Shown here piece by piece: positions 47,218 through 59,813 of a stretch of DNA of 64,000 bases. Position numbers and translations under genes: made by a program. The notes under the pieces were generated by a model. That model was not told the origin of the DNA, made no database searches, and was given only the letters and a program-made list of their open reading frames with translations. This DNA comes from Rhodosorus marinus CCMP1338. Its lineage: Eukaryota > Plantae > Rhodophyta. Each line of letters begins with the position of its first letter. The first letter of the stretch is position 1. The stretch spans positions 124,001-188,000 of the forward strand of contig JAMWBK010000009.1 in NCBI GenBank assembly GCA_029953675.1. Reading direction: 5' to 3'.

Positions 47218-48520
47218 CTACTTGGGTCGTGCTCCGCGCTCGATATTGAGCTTCGCGACATAATCGAGGAGCTCTTCCTTCTCGGTTTCTTCTCTGGCAA
47301 GTTCTTCTTCGTCTTGATCCTCTTCGTCCTCTGTGAATCACAATAATGAAACAATCAGAAGATGTCGGAGCTCAAATCCAATCCTATCCAGCAAGAGGTT
47401 CAACACTATTCCATAACTTTGGGGTGAGAACTTTAGCAGGTGTGGTCGATTCTTACCCCGTTCTCTTTCGTCCTCTTCAGGGGCCCACATTGTGTTTCTT
47501 GCAGATGAGCGATTCTCGTTCTTATCTCGATCCTGTTGAAACGCTTCGTATGCTTCTTCTGCATGTCGCTGCTCTTCCTCCGCTCTTTTTCTTGTTCGAG
47601 CTTCCAGATCGGGCCGATAGCTTTCATCGTACTCTTTCGCCGCAGTCTGGATCACGGCGAACAGGTCGTCCATACCCTCTCCGGTAATGGCTGACACCCC
47701 TACTGAGTGAATATTCTTATAGAATTCTTCTAACGCTATCGCCATCGACCTAGCGAGGGAATCTGCAAAAGTAGATTCTTCTCGAAGAACCTCATCAAAG
47801 ACCGCGTAATCTTCCATCCATGAAACTGCAAAGTCGTGCTTCTCAGCGTCGATCTTGTTAAACACGACGACCAGGGGCAGTCTCGTCTTGTACAAGATAC
47901 TGCACGCATACCTGAACATTGAAAGAAAGTTAGTCGAAATCATTAGCTACAGCGTGGGCACTTCCTACTGGGGTTACTACTGGGATCTGCTGATCTTACA
48001 TCATGTTGCTAACAAAGGTCATCGGGCTCTTACAACGGACTGTGTCAACGACGAATAGGACACACGTTGGGAAGGTAGTTGCCAGGGATTCCGTAATAAT
48101 CGACCCAGAAGCTGACCACGTGAACACTTCGATTTGACCTGGAGTATCAACGAACATGTACTTGAACTGGTTTCTTCTCTTCTCCGCAAGTTCCAAGACA
48201 GTCTGAAACTGCGCCGCAAACAGGTTCAAACACGTAAGTATTCCTCCGTTCGGTCCTAATCTGTACTGTTCCATCACGTTCTTATACTTGATCGAGTCAC
48301 GAATATCGATGTTCGCCCTGTACGGTACATTCAACACCGCAGGATCCAAGTTCAAAAGATACGCAGGCGTTCTCGACGAACTCAAATTCGCAGCAATCTG
48401 CTGCATGAGCGTCGTCTTTCCAGACCCGGCCATCCCGATAATAATACATGCCGGAGGACCGGGGCTTCTCCCAGGTCCAGATCCCTCATCTCCACTCCTC
48501 GCTCCTACCGTCTCACTCAT
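47218..48520 (-). CDS. GPN1: GPN-loop GTPase 1 (Npa3/XAB1), 3 exons
   Basis: GMAGSGKT; NLDPAV; LGPNGGI; [15 protein letters not shown]; VVFNKID; acidic last exon ending TAG at 47218-47220. Confidence 0.96.
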
Positions 48521-48748
48521 TCTACTCCCTCATCCAAAGCATCATCCTCCTACCGTAGCCTACTTTTCAAAGGCACACAGTAACGAGTTCCTATGCCACC
48601 GTCACTCGCACTGCTCGCCTCTCACTAACAATCGCCGTCACGTCCGCTACGCAAACAAAGCAGGCCTGTTTTTTTTTGCTTGCTTCCAATCGTGTTTTAA
48701 ATGTTCAGTAGAACTTGGAACACACAGGGATTTGAAAGCCTCTATAAG

Positions 48749-49600
48749 ATGGAGTTCAGCTTTCCTCAATCATCCATGGAAACCAAGCAGGCAGAAAAAG
48801 CAGAAGGTCTGTCCACTAGGTTAATCTAGCCCCTTCGATCTGAGAGTCTGTAAGTGACTTAAGTAATGAAATAGTCGGTTGCCAGAGAGAACCCTGGAAC
48901 TCCTCTCGCTGGTGGGCTCTTTGTACTCCGACAATCGTGAATAATAATGTAGATCCTTCTATTGAAGTTCTCAATGAAGAAACCTTCTAGATCAGCTTGA
49001 CGACTGCCCCGCCCGGTTCCCTACGCCCCGCGCGGATCGGAGGATTTTCTGTGACCGTGACTCATTGTGGATAGAACCGTGCCTGAGACAGGAGGCTCGG
49101 GTATTGTAAAAGAGCTCGGTCCACCTCGATGAACCCATGGTGCTCTACATTGCTTCCAAGGCCATGAAAGTAAAGTTTGGCAACGCGTGCTCGGACACGG
49201 TTGACTTAGACAGTCCTAGAACCTCGAAGCCAACACGGTTGTTGGTTCCTTCCTGCCCTTCGGGGAAACTACATCAGTACAGAGATCAACTCATGTTTTT
49301 GTGAAGTAGTAGAGCAGCAGGAACAAGCAATCTAGCAACTAGCGTAGCGAGCTCAGACTTGTCGCTGATACAGGAAGTTTCAGACTTGACGGCGCTGATA
49401 CAGGAAATACACCGGTTCCTGGAGGGCTATGATCCAACTGAACCACTGCAAGTCCTTCATTGTAATGTGAATCTACAAAACTTTCTGCAAAACAAAAGGT
49501 TTGCCACTGGGAGAAAGGTTTCCACTAGTGCCGTCTACAATCCAAGGACCGAGAGTTATACGCAGCGGCGTATCCTTCAGAGTCATCACAGCCAGGACTA
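48749..49600 (+). CDS. Possible hypothetical protein (fragmentary)
   Basis: ATG 48749; open segments MVLYIASKAMKVKFGNAC and SDLSLIQEVSDLTALIQEIHRFLEG (33-bp duplication); structure unresolved. Confidence 0.25.
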
Positions 49601-52600
49601 GTGAGTTCTCAGCGTCACTCTTGACAACGCCTTCCATAACATAGAAATCATTCTGCGGTCCAAAGTCGTACAAATATCTGCCAATGAAAAGATCGTTCAC
49701 CCAAGCACATACAACGACGCTGTCCCTCGCCTCAAACTTGAGGCATAGTGGAAAGCGGTAAGACTGTTCAGGTCCTTGGAAACTGGTCCGGAGCCACTGG
49801 ATTCCATCTTCAGTCTTGAGGTCCAACCCCATGGGTGATTCTCCGGGAATTGAATCCCAGCTTGGGTTGTCCGAATCGAAACTTTCCGCGACAGCTTCGT
49901 CTTCCAGAGGAAGCCCGGTTGTGTTGAATGGGTCGTTCAGCGAGGAGACCGGCACTCCGTAGACGTCCCACCGTTGGTTCCGAGCGGGGCCAGACAACGA
50001 TGCAGAGATCAATCCACGACGGTTGCGAGCGTCATTGAGAAGGAACGGTTGCCTGCTTTGTCCCAGACTCATAACTGCGATAACAACTTGGTGCGATGCT
50101 TTTGCGGGGTCCAGGTATTTCGTCAAGTTGACCCTGCAAGGAGCAACCCAAACAAGAACATAAAATTCAGGGCAGGCTCATTAGTGCGCCACGCGATGGG
50201 CAGGCAGGAAATCCGATGCACTCTGACAGTGTAGTGCTTGTGCACGTACCTCTTCTTCCCCGCCCAGGTCAAATCTACTGCGTGCATTGCTCCAGCAGAG
50301 ATTCCGTTGTGGCTGTAACAAAACTGGCCTTCAACAGCATGGCCGTCGCAATACACCATAGCAATGTGCCTTATGTTCAGCTTGAGTGACACCTAGACAA
50401 CGTTGGGTAGCGATAATCGAACCAAAATCAGGTGACTTTTCCAGCCGGAAGTGTGTGTTTCCGGGTCGGACTTGAGAACCACATGGAGCGATGTGGGCGT
50501 ACCTTTGCACCTCCAGAAGCTTCGAAAGTGCAGCGATATGTTGTGTAGCCAGAAGTAAAGTGGTGATCAAGAGGATCCCTTTCGGTAGCATAGTCAATCT
50601 TCTTCCATTCGACATCCGTAGACCAGTTAATCCTCCGTCGTTTCCAGCTTTTCAGAGGGAGGTAATGTCCGTCGGCCGCAGGAAGAACTGAATCAATACT
50701 CGGCGAAAGTGAGAGTTTGAAGGCACCAGGTAGGACGTCCTGAACGACAGACGCAACAGGAATGAAAGAAGGGTCCGGAGGGCTGGTACTGCTTCCGACA
50801 TAGTAAACTGTCCTATCATCCCGGCCGGCTTCGATGGAGACCTCGCCGCTTGGTAAAATGCAGATCTCCTCTGCACCCCACGCGCAGGCAAATTCCGCTT
50901 TCGCCGAGGGTGCGTACGAATCGCTGGAGGAATCCAGAAGGGCAGTGAAAGTTTTCGAATCCTGTTCACTGATAGCCAGCATTCTCATCAAAACAGCTCC
51001 GTTCTGATCGAGCAGAGTAGTGGCACAGGGACCATGGAAAGCCAGTGAAACGCATTTCCCAATGTTTGCTTCCGTGGACGCCGACACGTCGACTGGTAAC
51101 GACCCGTTCTCACCACCTTCGAGATCAGCTTGCGAGAGCTCCTCTAGGGGTGCCTTCCATTGAGATTCGCCCGCGGTTTTATCCGAGGAGGACACCTTCG
51201 ATGACCCTGTTATGGTACCATCAATGGTGGTCCACTGCACTTGAACAGACGTCAAATCCCCTCTCACCCTAAACAATACCCTACCGAAAGGATGGTCGGA
51301 GAGGCTGAGAACCCACAGTTCCGCTCCGGCGACCACGCCTCGCGTAACGACGGGTATTGTACTCAAGTGCATGGTGATTCCATCAGTAAGCTGAACATTT
51401 GCGGGCAGAATCAGCGAGTCTTTGAACGCCAACTCGCAGGGGAAAGCGACATCATTGTACGCAAGGGTAAATCGAGATCTTTCTAGTTTTCCAGTGCTTG
51501 AGAAGTTGCGGAGAAAAAGGAAACGCGACTTCGTCGAGTCTCCACCATCGCCTCTCGCTGCACGACGAACTTTCACAAGCAGATTGGGCAAGCTGCAGGA
51601 AATCAAGCTCGAGTCCGCAACCGATTCCGCGATGCCATATTTAGCGAACGATCTATGAAAAAGTGCCTTCAACCGCAACCGCCTCCCTCGCTCTGAGACC
51701 TTCCCAAACTCCCGAATGTAGGCTGAATAGTCATAAGATGTATACACTTCAGAGTCTCCAGAGGCGCCGTAGTTGGTGCCGCCATACGCAGTGTAATAGT
51801 TTATAACCGTGAGTCCCTGCGCCGCTAGGGAGCTGTGCAAAGTCGCTGAAAATGAATCGCCAAAATAATTGTACAAATCGTCGTAGTCTCGTTTCCTCGC
51901 CCACTGGTTGATCCACCCTACTTGCGTCTCTGCACACACCACGGGAGCTCCTTCCGCAGCTCCTCCTATGGCGTCAAACCTTTTCTCCAGAGTGTCAATG
52001 TACCCAGCTAGACTCTTCGTGTTCCAGCCATTAGGTGGCGGAGTTGTTCTGCGCAGAAATCGAATCCGAAAAAAACCAGAAAGGAAATTCAGAGAACGCC
52101 TGACAAAATTGGAAAGCAGGACAACGTCCCAGGACTTGATTCTACTCTGGTTGGATCCCTTATGCGGGTGCTCACCTCTCACCAACAGCTGAGGTACTCT
52201 TGTAAAGACAATGAATACAACCGAGATCGTCTCCACCAATACCCAAGCCGCCAATGCAGAAGAATTCCAGAAACGCTGCACACCCCGCGATCTGAAAAGG
52301 CCCAACCGCGAGTGAGGATCGATCGGCACGATCATCACGAGGTGCGAAAACGAAGTAAAGGTCGACACCGTAAATGTCCGTCCTGTACTGCGGGGTAGAT
52401 GGAAGCCAGCAATTTTTGAGATAGTGGTTTTTCTTTCCCGTTGCCCAAGATCCATGGGGCATGTCGTCGTTGTGAAAGAAGGGAACCGTAGATCCGCTTT
52501 CTCTTGCACACGAAGCGAGGGATCTCATCTCTTCGTCATCAGCGAAAGTAATTCCGGGCACCTTATGGAGCAGTTCATTTTCGATCTGCAACAAAATCAC

Positions 52601-53146
52601 ACAGCCCGTCGGGTTGGTCGTCCTTTCGTGGTTTTTGATAATGGCAAGAATGTTCCGGTAATAGATGTTCTGGTATTCTGCTAACTTGGCATCAAACTTT
52701 TTCATGAAGTGTCTCTTCAGATGGCGGATGCGTACATTCCGCTTCGCAAGGAGCCAGGTTGGGAATCCTCCGCCCTGGGTCTCAGCGCATATGTAAGGTC
52801 CAGGCGCTGCAATTACGAAGAGTTGCAATTCTTCGCAAAGATTGAACAGTTCCTCGATATCTCTAGAGCCATCACTGATGAAAGCATCCTCAGACGGGCT
52901 GTGGTAACCCCAGTGGAAGTAAAACCGGACCGTATTGAGACCCAGAGACTTCATCTGCAACAAGATTCGCTTCCATCTGGATCTATCAGGAATTCTCCAA
53001 TACTGAAACTCCCCAGATACAATGACAGTCGGCTTTCCGTCGATGAACATACATTGACGAGACCAATTCACCCTCGATCCATATTTCTCAGCATTGTACT
53101 TCGTTGGTTCAGCGCTGGGATTAGCAGCGACGAGCACATCCTTCAT
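49473..53146 (-). CDS. GH35 beta-galactosidase with C-terminal beta-sandwich domains, no signal peptide
   Basis: SGEFQYWRIP; GLNTVRFYFHW; PGPYICAE..GGFPTWL; LLQIENE (acid/base); AETQVGW (nucleophile); NYYTAYGGTNYG; YTSYDYSA; FIGRY..DFGPQNDF. Confidence 0.93.
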
Positions 53147-55445
53147 GGCTTCCTTCCTGAAAAACAGGAAATAGGTACTCTATTCTTCCCACGAAAAGGG
53201 ACAGAACTTCAATCAGTCCAGTCACACGCTTCCGCTTCAAAACAGTATGGGTAAAGAAGGTCTCGTGATCACCTTCCCCGACCAAGGCCTTGCTCTCCCT
53301 CAAAAGTTTTTGTGACCAACAGCGGACAGTTTCCCAGCATATGAACCCCGTTCGGGTGCTCAGCGCCCAGCCTCACAAGTTGAAAGCGGCTTGGGAACCA
53401 TTTTGCACGGGAAATTTGATGTTAGCTTGTTGCCGTGCAACACTTTCTTCCGGGATGTTCGATCTCGTTCTCCCAGGTGCTGGAATGACATAGTTTTGGG
53501 CTATCATGCGCGCAGACTTTGTTATGTGTCATTGATGCAGGAGCGATGTTTGGTATTGACTTCAGGGCATGTTGACCTGTTGAGTGTGCTCCTCAAGGAT
53601 AAAGCTTGCACCTGACTTCGGTTGGATTTAGCAAGTTCTGTCGACGTCAGCTAAAGATTTGCCGTGAAAATCGACAACGGGTTTTCTTCTAGCCCTAGGT
53701 TCAGCAGTATCCCAGGTAACGGAGAGAGACAGGAGCTTATCAGACGGAGTCTTGAAGATAGTACCCGCGATCCGTCATGGGACATTGCTAGGGACAACAA
53801 AAGTTGATACGGGGCAGTGAAACGATCTGTTCTTTTCGGAAGGGACGATCGCGAGAACAATAATTTCATTGTCAACCGACAGAATGTCGCAAAATTTCTC
53901 CTCTCATAAAGCTGAGTCCATCGTCATTGAGACTGCAACCCCGTTCAGTGAAAGCCTCAAATTGAATAAGCCCTCCGTCATAGTTGTGTGATCTAACATT
54001 ATCCATATTTTTGTTGAAGCCATCAAGACAAGAATTTGAAGCTCTGTCATGCGCACAAATGAACTGCAGGCCGCGGATTTGGTCGTAGATCGGAGTGCTA
54101 GTGAGTTGGATCCTAACGAAACCAACTCGTGATTCACACGTTTCACAACTCTCTGAAAAAAAAAAAATAGGCCAGAGCTTGAGACTTGCCCTCTCTTATG
54201 CGTACAAGAGTGTTTTTCATCAGGGGACCACACTGTATGCACGATTGTATGAGCACGTACATGCCAACGTCGTGCCCCACAGGGTCGCGTACAATCGCAT
54301 ACTAATAATCTCCCATCGACAATCAATAACGCTTTCCCATCGATATTGTCATCCTCCAAATACAACCAGTTTCAGTAATCCAATCAAAACAAGTGGAAAA
54401 TATTAAATATTATTGGCATCATGTCATGGAAACGACTGAAATTCTTATGACACTTAGACTCTCATTGGAGTACCGGGAGTTCAAATTTATTTCATTTTTT
54501 CAAAAAGCAATACCTTCAAAGACCCAACCCATGTATTTCTACTAATATTCAACCCCGGATGGATGGCCACAAGTCGATGTGAACTTCTTTTTTGAGGTTT
54601 TCTTTTTTACCTTGTAGCAGTATTTTCGAAATAAGTTTACTCATTATTGAGGTTCGTAGAGTCAAGGAAGCAATTCCCTCCATAAGACCTGGGACCAAGA
54701 TGGATCATAATAGGTTTTAAACCTATTAATATCTTACTATCCTTAAAAGAAATCCTCTAAAATAACAATTTAAGAACACAATTGTGTTGATCAGAGACCA
54801 GGCGCTCCAAATTTGAGCGAACTACTACCATATAGTTCTAAATATTATATAAAAAAGCACGAATCATAATCTGAGATTTTAGATGGAATAAATATTTTAA
54901 AGTAAGTACATATTGTATATGAATTCCTGGACTTCATAAACTCACTCGGCTCAATTGATTGTCCAATCAGTTCACCGCTGATTTCTAGCCAAGGCTTCCC
55001 AGCCAATAATCATGCAGACTCTATATCCCAACCCCACCCCACCTTTTTCCTTGTTTCTTCAAAGCTACACAGATTTTTCCTTAATAGTTGAAGAAAAATC
55101 GAACAAGTCGTTTTTAGAATTTCGATGGTTCCGGACCGGTGCGATCCGGTGCGATCTACTTTTTCACCCGTCCTGAGGAATTGTTGATATTTGTTCAGCG
55201 ACAAAATGGTAAGGGATAGGTATAAATACTGTTTCAGTTGATCGTATTGAGTTTTACTTGATTTAGTTCAGTATTTAATATTCTCATGACATTTTGTAGG
55301 GGGTTGGGTTGTGTACAAGTACAGGATTTGATCTCGATCACTGGTGGGGGCTGGGCAGATGCACGGTGTGTGAGTTTGGGAGTATGGAGGTTTTGTGGGG
55401 TATATATGGAAAGGGTGCAACCAAGTTGATGAACGCTTTGCTGGG

Positions 55446-56648
55446 ATGAGATCGGAGGCGATGGCCGACTGGGGTAGAAGATTATTGAAGAGAATATTTG
55501 CTGAAGTTTCAAGTGGAGGTGGATTGCGCAGATCAAATTCTGAAGGGTTGAAGGTGCGTGGTTTTGCTGAAACTGCGAACATGGCAAAGGCACCAACAGT
55601 TAAGCTGGCCAATGGGGCGGAGATGCCGGTGATCGGTCTTGGGACGTGGAAATCTCCTCGTGGCAAGACCGGGGACGCGGTTCGAGCTGCAATTAAGGCA
55701 GGATATCGGATGATTGACACCGCGAACGATTACGGAAATGAGGACGAGGTCGGAGATGCCATTAAGGATATGATCGACGAGGGGGTTGTCAAAAGAGAGG
55801 AGCTGTTTATCCAGTGCAAACTGTGGAACACCAACCATCGCAAGGATCACGTGAAACCAGACCTCATGGCGACACTGAAGGATCTGAAGCTCGACTACGT
55901 GGATTCCTTCGCTGTCCATTGGCCGCAGGCATGCCCGGCGACTGGGGAGGCGCCAGCTCTTGGAGCGGACGGAATCGACCCAAAGCCCAGGGACCAGCCC
56001 ACGATGTTCCCGCTTGAGGCTGATGGCATGTACGCATGTGATTATGACTGTCACTTCATGGAAGCATACCACGCCATTGAGGATCTGGTTGACGAAGGCC
56101 TGGTCCGTGGAGCTGCAATCTCCAACTTCAACGCCAGGCAGGTGCACGAGGTCCTGGAGAACTTCAAGAAGCATCCCCCAGTCGTCCTCCAGAACGAGTG
56201 CCACCCTTACTTTCAGCAAAAGGACATCGTTGATGTGTGCAATAACAACGGAATTGTGTTCCAAAGCTACTCTCCCCTTGGATCGGGAGATAGGCCGTGG
56301 GCCAGGAAGCCTGGAGAAGTCGAGCTCCTGGACGATCCACGACTGCAGGAAATCGCGACCGCCAAAGGCAAGTCAGTCGCCCAGGTGGTGCTACGGTGGC
56401 ACATGGACCGGGGAATTACCGCGGTGCCGAAGAGCATTACCCCATCTCGAATTGCCACGAATATAGACGTTTTTGACTTCACCTTGAGCCTTGAGGAGAT
56501 GAAGTTGTTTGACAAGCTCAACCAGGCAAGGAGGTTCCTGATGTGGGATCCGACCTCGCTGCATCCGGATTACCCCTTCAGGGACGACCTTCCGTTCGGA
56601 TACAAGACCGCACAACCACTCAAGGTTGCTGCTCGCGCATCGAAGTAA
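55446..56648 (+). CDS. Aldo-keto reductase, intronless; possible N-terminal targeting peptide (core starts at ATG 55581)
   Basis: MPVIGLGTW; GYRMIDTANDYGNE; REELFIQCKLWN; HWPQ; ISNFN; LQNECHPYFQQ; YSPLGS; QVVLRW; VPKSITPSRI..N..VFDF. Confidence 0.95.
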   Translation: MRSEAMADWGRRLLKRIFAEVSSGGGLRRSNSEGLKVRGFAETANMAKAPTVKLANGAEMPVIGLGTWKSPRGKTGDAVRAAIKAGYRMIDTANDYGNEDEVGDAIKDMIDEGVVKREELFIQCKLWNTNHRKDHVKPDLMATLKDLKLDYVDSFAVHWPQACPATGEAPALGADGIDPKPRDQPTMFPLEADGMYACDYDCHFMEAYHAIEDLVDEGLVRGAAISNFNARQVHEVLENFKKHPPVVLQNECHPYFQQKDIVDVCNNNGIVFQSYSPLGSGDRPWARKPGEVELLDDPRLQEIATAKGKSVAQVVLRWHMDRGITAVPKSITPSRIATNIDVFDFTLSLEEMKLFDKLNQARRFLMWDPTSLHPDYPFRDDLPFGYKTAQPLKVAARASK

Positions 56649-57048
56649 CCAGAGGAGTATCGCCCGTGTGCGCCATCGCCCAAGCCGTGGATGATCAACA
56701 CATTTAGAGCTAATCGTCCGCGCTAGGACGAGACCTTGAAATAAAAGATAACTCTTTTTTTTAACGAACCCAACTTTCCTCCAGACTATTTCGACAATGA
56801 CGCCCACATAGACCTTTGGCATGCCCTTCGAAAAGCGAAGACTTTCCAAATCTACTCTACCCTTCAAGTTCATGTTCCTTTCACAGTGACCTTCATTTCA
56901 GGGACAGACCACTACGGGCGCAATACAACGACAACCTCGGAGAGAAGCTCGACCGGAAAGCAAACTCATCCCACCGCGCTCCCTTCCCCGCCTCTCGCCG
57001 GTAGGACGAGAGATGAAAAGGGCGTGAACTGTCACCTAACCGTCCGAA

Positions 57049-57869
57049 CTAATACTGAACGAGTTTCTCCGTAAACTGAAAATAGTCAATCATGCCGTCC
57101 CGATCGACGTTAGCTTCCTTAATCATTTCATCAGCCTGCAGGAGGGGTATTCAGTGGGTGAGGAGGCGTGCAAAAATCGATTCAATGTTTCAAGCACGAG
57201 CGTTCCATACCTCTGCATTTGTCAGTTTCTCAACTCCTCCTATCGTGGTCATAACGTGACGCAGTTCCGTTGCAGCGATTTTTCCCACACCCTCCTAATT
57301 AAAACAAGTATGCGCAATAGCCAGAGTCAACGATCTGGAACAGCACTCCATAAAACCATCCAAAGACCGAATTCGGAGCATCGCAGCAGACCTTATCAAA
57401 TACTCTGAAAGCTTCACAAACTTCTTCTGCAGTGAGTCCAGTTCCTTTGTTCTTTTTCATTACCGACTCAAAAACTGCCAAAAGAAAGATCATCAAAAAT
57501 ATCAGCTTTCCAGCATCAAGCAAACAACGACGGTAATGAGCGGGTGTTTCATTCATACCCGAATAATCAACAAGCCCAGTGCTTTGAGGATCAATCTCAG
57601 TAATGATCTGCTTCACCTGAGCCTGAGTAGGGCAAGCTCCGAGAGACCTCATCACAGTACCAAGCTCATCCGTTGTAATCTTACCTAAACCACACAAACA
57701 TCACCAGGGAAGGCAAAAAGAACTCCTTTCAAAACGCTAGAACAAACAACTGCTAAATCAAGCTCCACAGCTGCCACTCCAAATCAAACTTACCGTCCCC
57801 ATCGCGATCAAACAAGTTAAACGCTTCCTTGATCTCTTCCTCCTCCTCCTTACTCAGCTCACCCGCCAT
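57049..57869 (-). CDS. Calmodulin-like / myosin-light-chain-like 4 EF-hand protein, 5 exons
   Basis: MAGELSKEEEEEIKEAFNLFDRDGD|GKITTDELGTVMRSLGACPT...|...EAFRVFDK|EGVGKIAATELRHVMTTIG...|ADEMIKEANVDRDGMIDY. Confidence 0.93.
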
Positions 57870-58842
57870 CTCTACACACACCACTCAAAATCTGCGAACT
57901 TGACGAACTCTAAACTCTGCAACAGATCCAAACAATAAATCAATGCCTTCACAACCTCACATTTCCCACCTGCAACCGACCCCAATCCTCATCCCCCGCC
58001 TCTCCCGTCCCACCACATCACCATCCTTAATATCCTCCCCCGCTCAAAACCCAAAACCCTCTCTGAAATCCCACAAGAAAATATATTTCCGAACAAACAA
58101 AAGCAGTCCCCCTCTGAAAAACTTGCCTACAAAATCTGGAACACAATATATCTATACAAATCATCACCATATTTCTCCCAATATCTCCAAGTCACCTCCC
58201 CCACTTTTGCAGAATTAACTCCCAATATTTACGGTCGATATTTAAATTATTCTCATTTTGAAATGCGCTTTTCTCCTTGAGCTGCGCAGGGGATAAGGAA
58301 AAAATCCATAATGATAATAAAAAAGCGGGAAATTCACGGTTTGGAGAATTATTGCTCTTTAAAAAGGTATATACCTTTTATTTAGAATTTATCGTCGAAA
58401 TAGATCAGAAATGCACATAACTCTAGAACCCATGGAGTTTAGATTTGTTCCCAAAATCAAGCATATTTTAAAATGGTGGATCTTTTTATTTGTTCTTCGA
58501 TAGGCTAATAATCTTTTATTTGGGATGGAACTTCGTTCTGGATCATTTTCGAAGGTATTTTAATGCCCAATCTGGTTTGCGTTGTTTGAAGTTGTCCTAT
58601 TTACTCCATTTTCAACAAAAATAGTTGTGCGAGTAGGATTAGAGGCATTGTTCAGGGTTGGTTTGAGGAGTAGGAGAGAAGAATGAGGTGTGAAGCCATC
58701 TTCATCGCAAATGTCCCTACTCCTAGACGTGGGGCTTCAACATCAAGAGTTTCTCAAAGCTGTTTACTGTTTACCACCTTGTACTTGTACGGTGACTGAT
58801 TTGTCGAAAGCCTGGAGAGCATTGGATTGCTGTTGCTAGGCT

Positions 58843-59813
58843 TCAACGCCTAGCAACAGCGCCACGATACCACTTGTTCAGCGTCTGTGCTGGAACTCCC
58901 AAGTAGAAGCCGGCGACAATGATCTGATTCAAAACTGTGGTTCGGAAGACCCCAAACTCTTCCCACCTCCGTCCACTAGTGACCTGTTGAAATATAGATA
59001 CGTCAGTCTGGGTCAATCTTCCCTTCTCTCTGCGTTGCATAGACAGCAATTGTCTGGAGTTGAGGGACTCACTGCACTTTCGTTCGCAGTGATCACTCGG
59101 CCAAGCCGTTTTGCATTCCTGGCCATTTGAAAATCTTCCATGAGTGGTATGTCGGGAAAACCACCCAGTTGGTTGAAAGTCGTTCGTCGCATGAAGAAGC
59201 CCTGGTCACCGTACGGCATGCCGAAGAACCGACTTCTCAGGTTTGCTACGGCTTCGATGAGCCTAATCCCCCGAACATTGGAATCGATCTTAAGACGGAA
59301 AGCGCCTAGGCTAACGGTTTCATCTTGCAGGGTTGACCTTGAATATAAACCAACCCGATCTGTTAGCGCTCTAGAGGAGAACGTAAGTATTGAAGGTTGA
59401 TGTATGGAACAATTAATCTGCACCCATACCGAACAACTTTGTCGAATCCAAAGGGCAATCTGGTGTCGGCGTGCAAGAAAATCAAAAAGCTTCCCTCCGC
59501 GCTTGGCACTGCGTTGTTCAGCTGAGTTCCTCTACCTCTTCCTGCTTGTATCAACCTGTGAAGAGGTGTAACCGTTTGCGGCGTCTAGTAAGAGGCTTCA
59601 ACAGAAAACGTCCGGACGAGAGGACCATGCATACCTCGCTTTTGCTGTTTTCACCAACCGCTTCGTGCCGTCTACAGAGCCGCCGTCAGCAACGACGATA
59701 TCCAGACGAGTGTCCTTTTCCACAACACCCTCACGCAGTGCCCTGATCGTCGACGCTATCGATCCCTCTTCATTCAATGTTGGGATAATGACCGAAACTA
59801 CTTCATCTCTCAT
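58843..59813 (-). CDS. GT2 glycosyltransferase of the TIGR04283 (rSAM/selenodomain-associated) type
   Basis: VSVIIPTLNEE; ADGGSVDGT; GRGTQLN; LIFLHADTRLP; GAFRL; YGDQGFF; GGFPDIPLMED; TSGRRW...RTTVLN. Upstream exons (to ATG 60240) possible. Confidence 0.9.

Noticed and set aside
50428-52509. 693-aa ORF as an independent membrane protein
   Set aside because: Its first ~160 aa are off-frame overlap and intron; the remainder is a GH35 exon.
55533-56873. Long ORFs (243, 168, 160 aa) overlapping the AKR
   Set aside because: Expected by-product of high GC3; no recognisable motifs.
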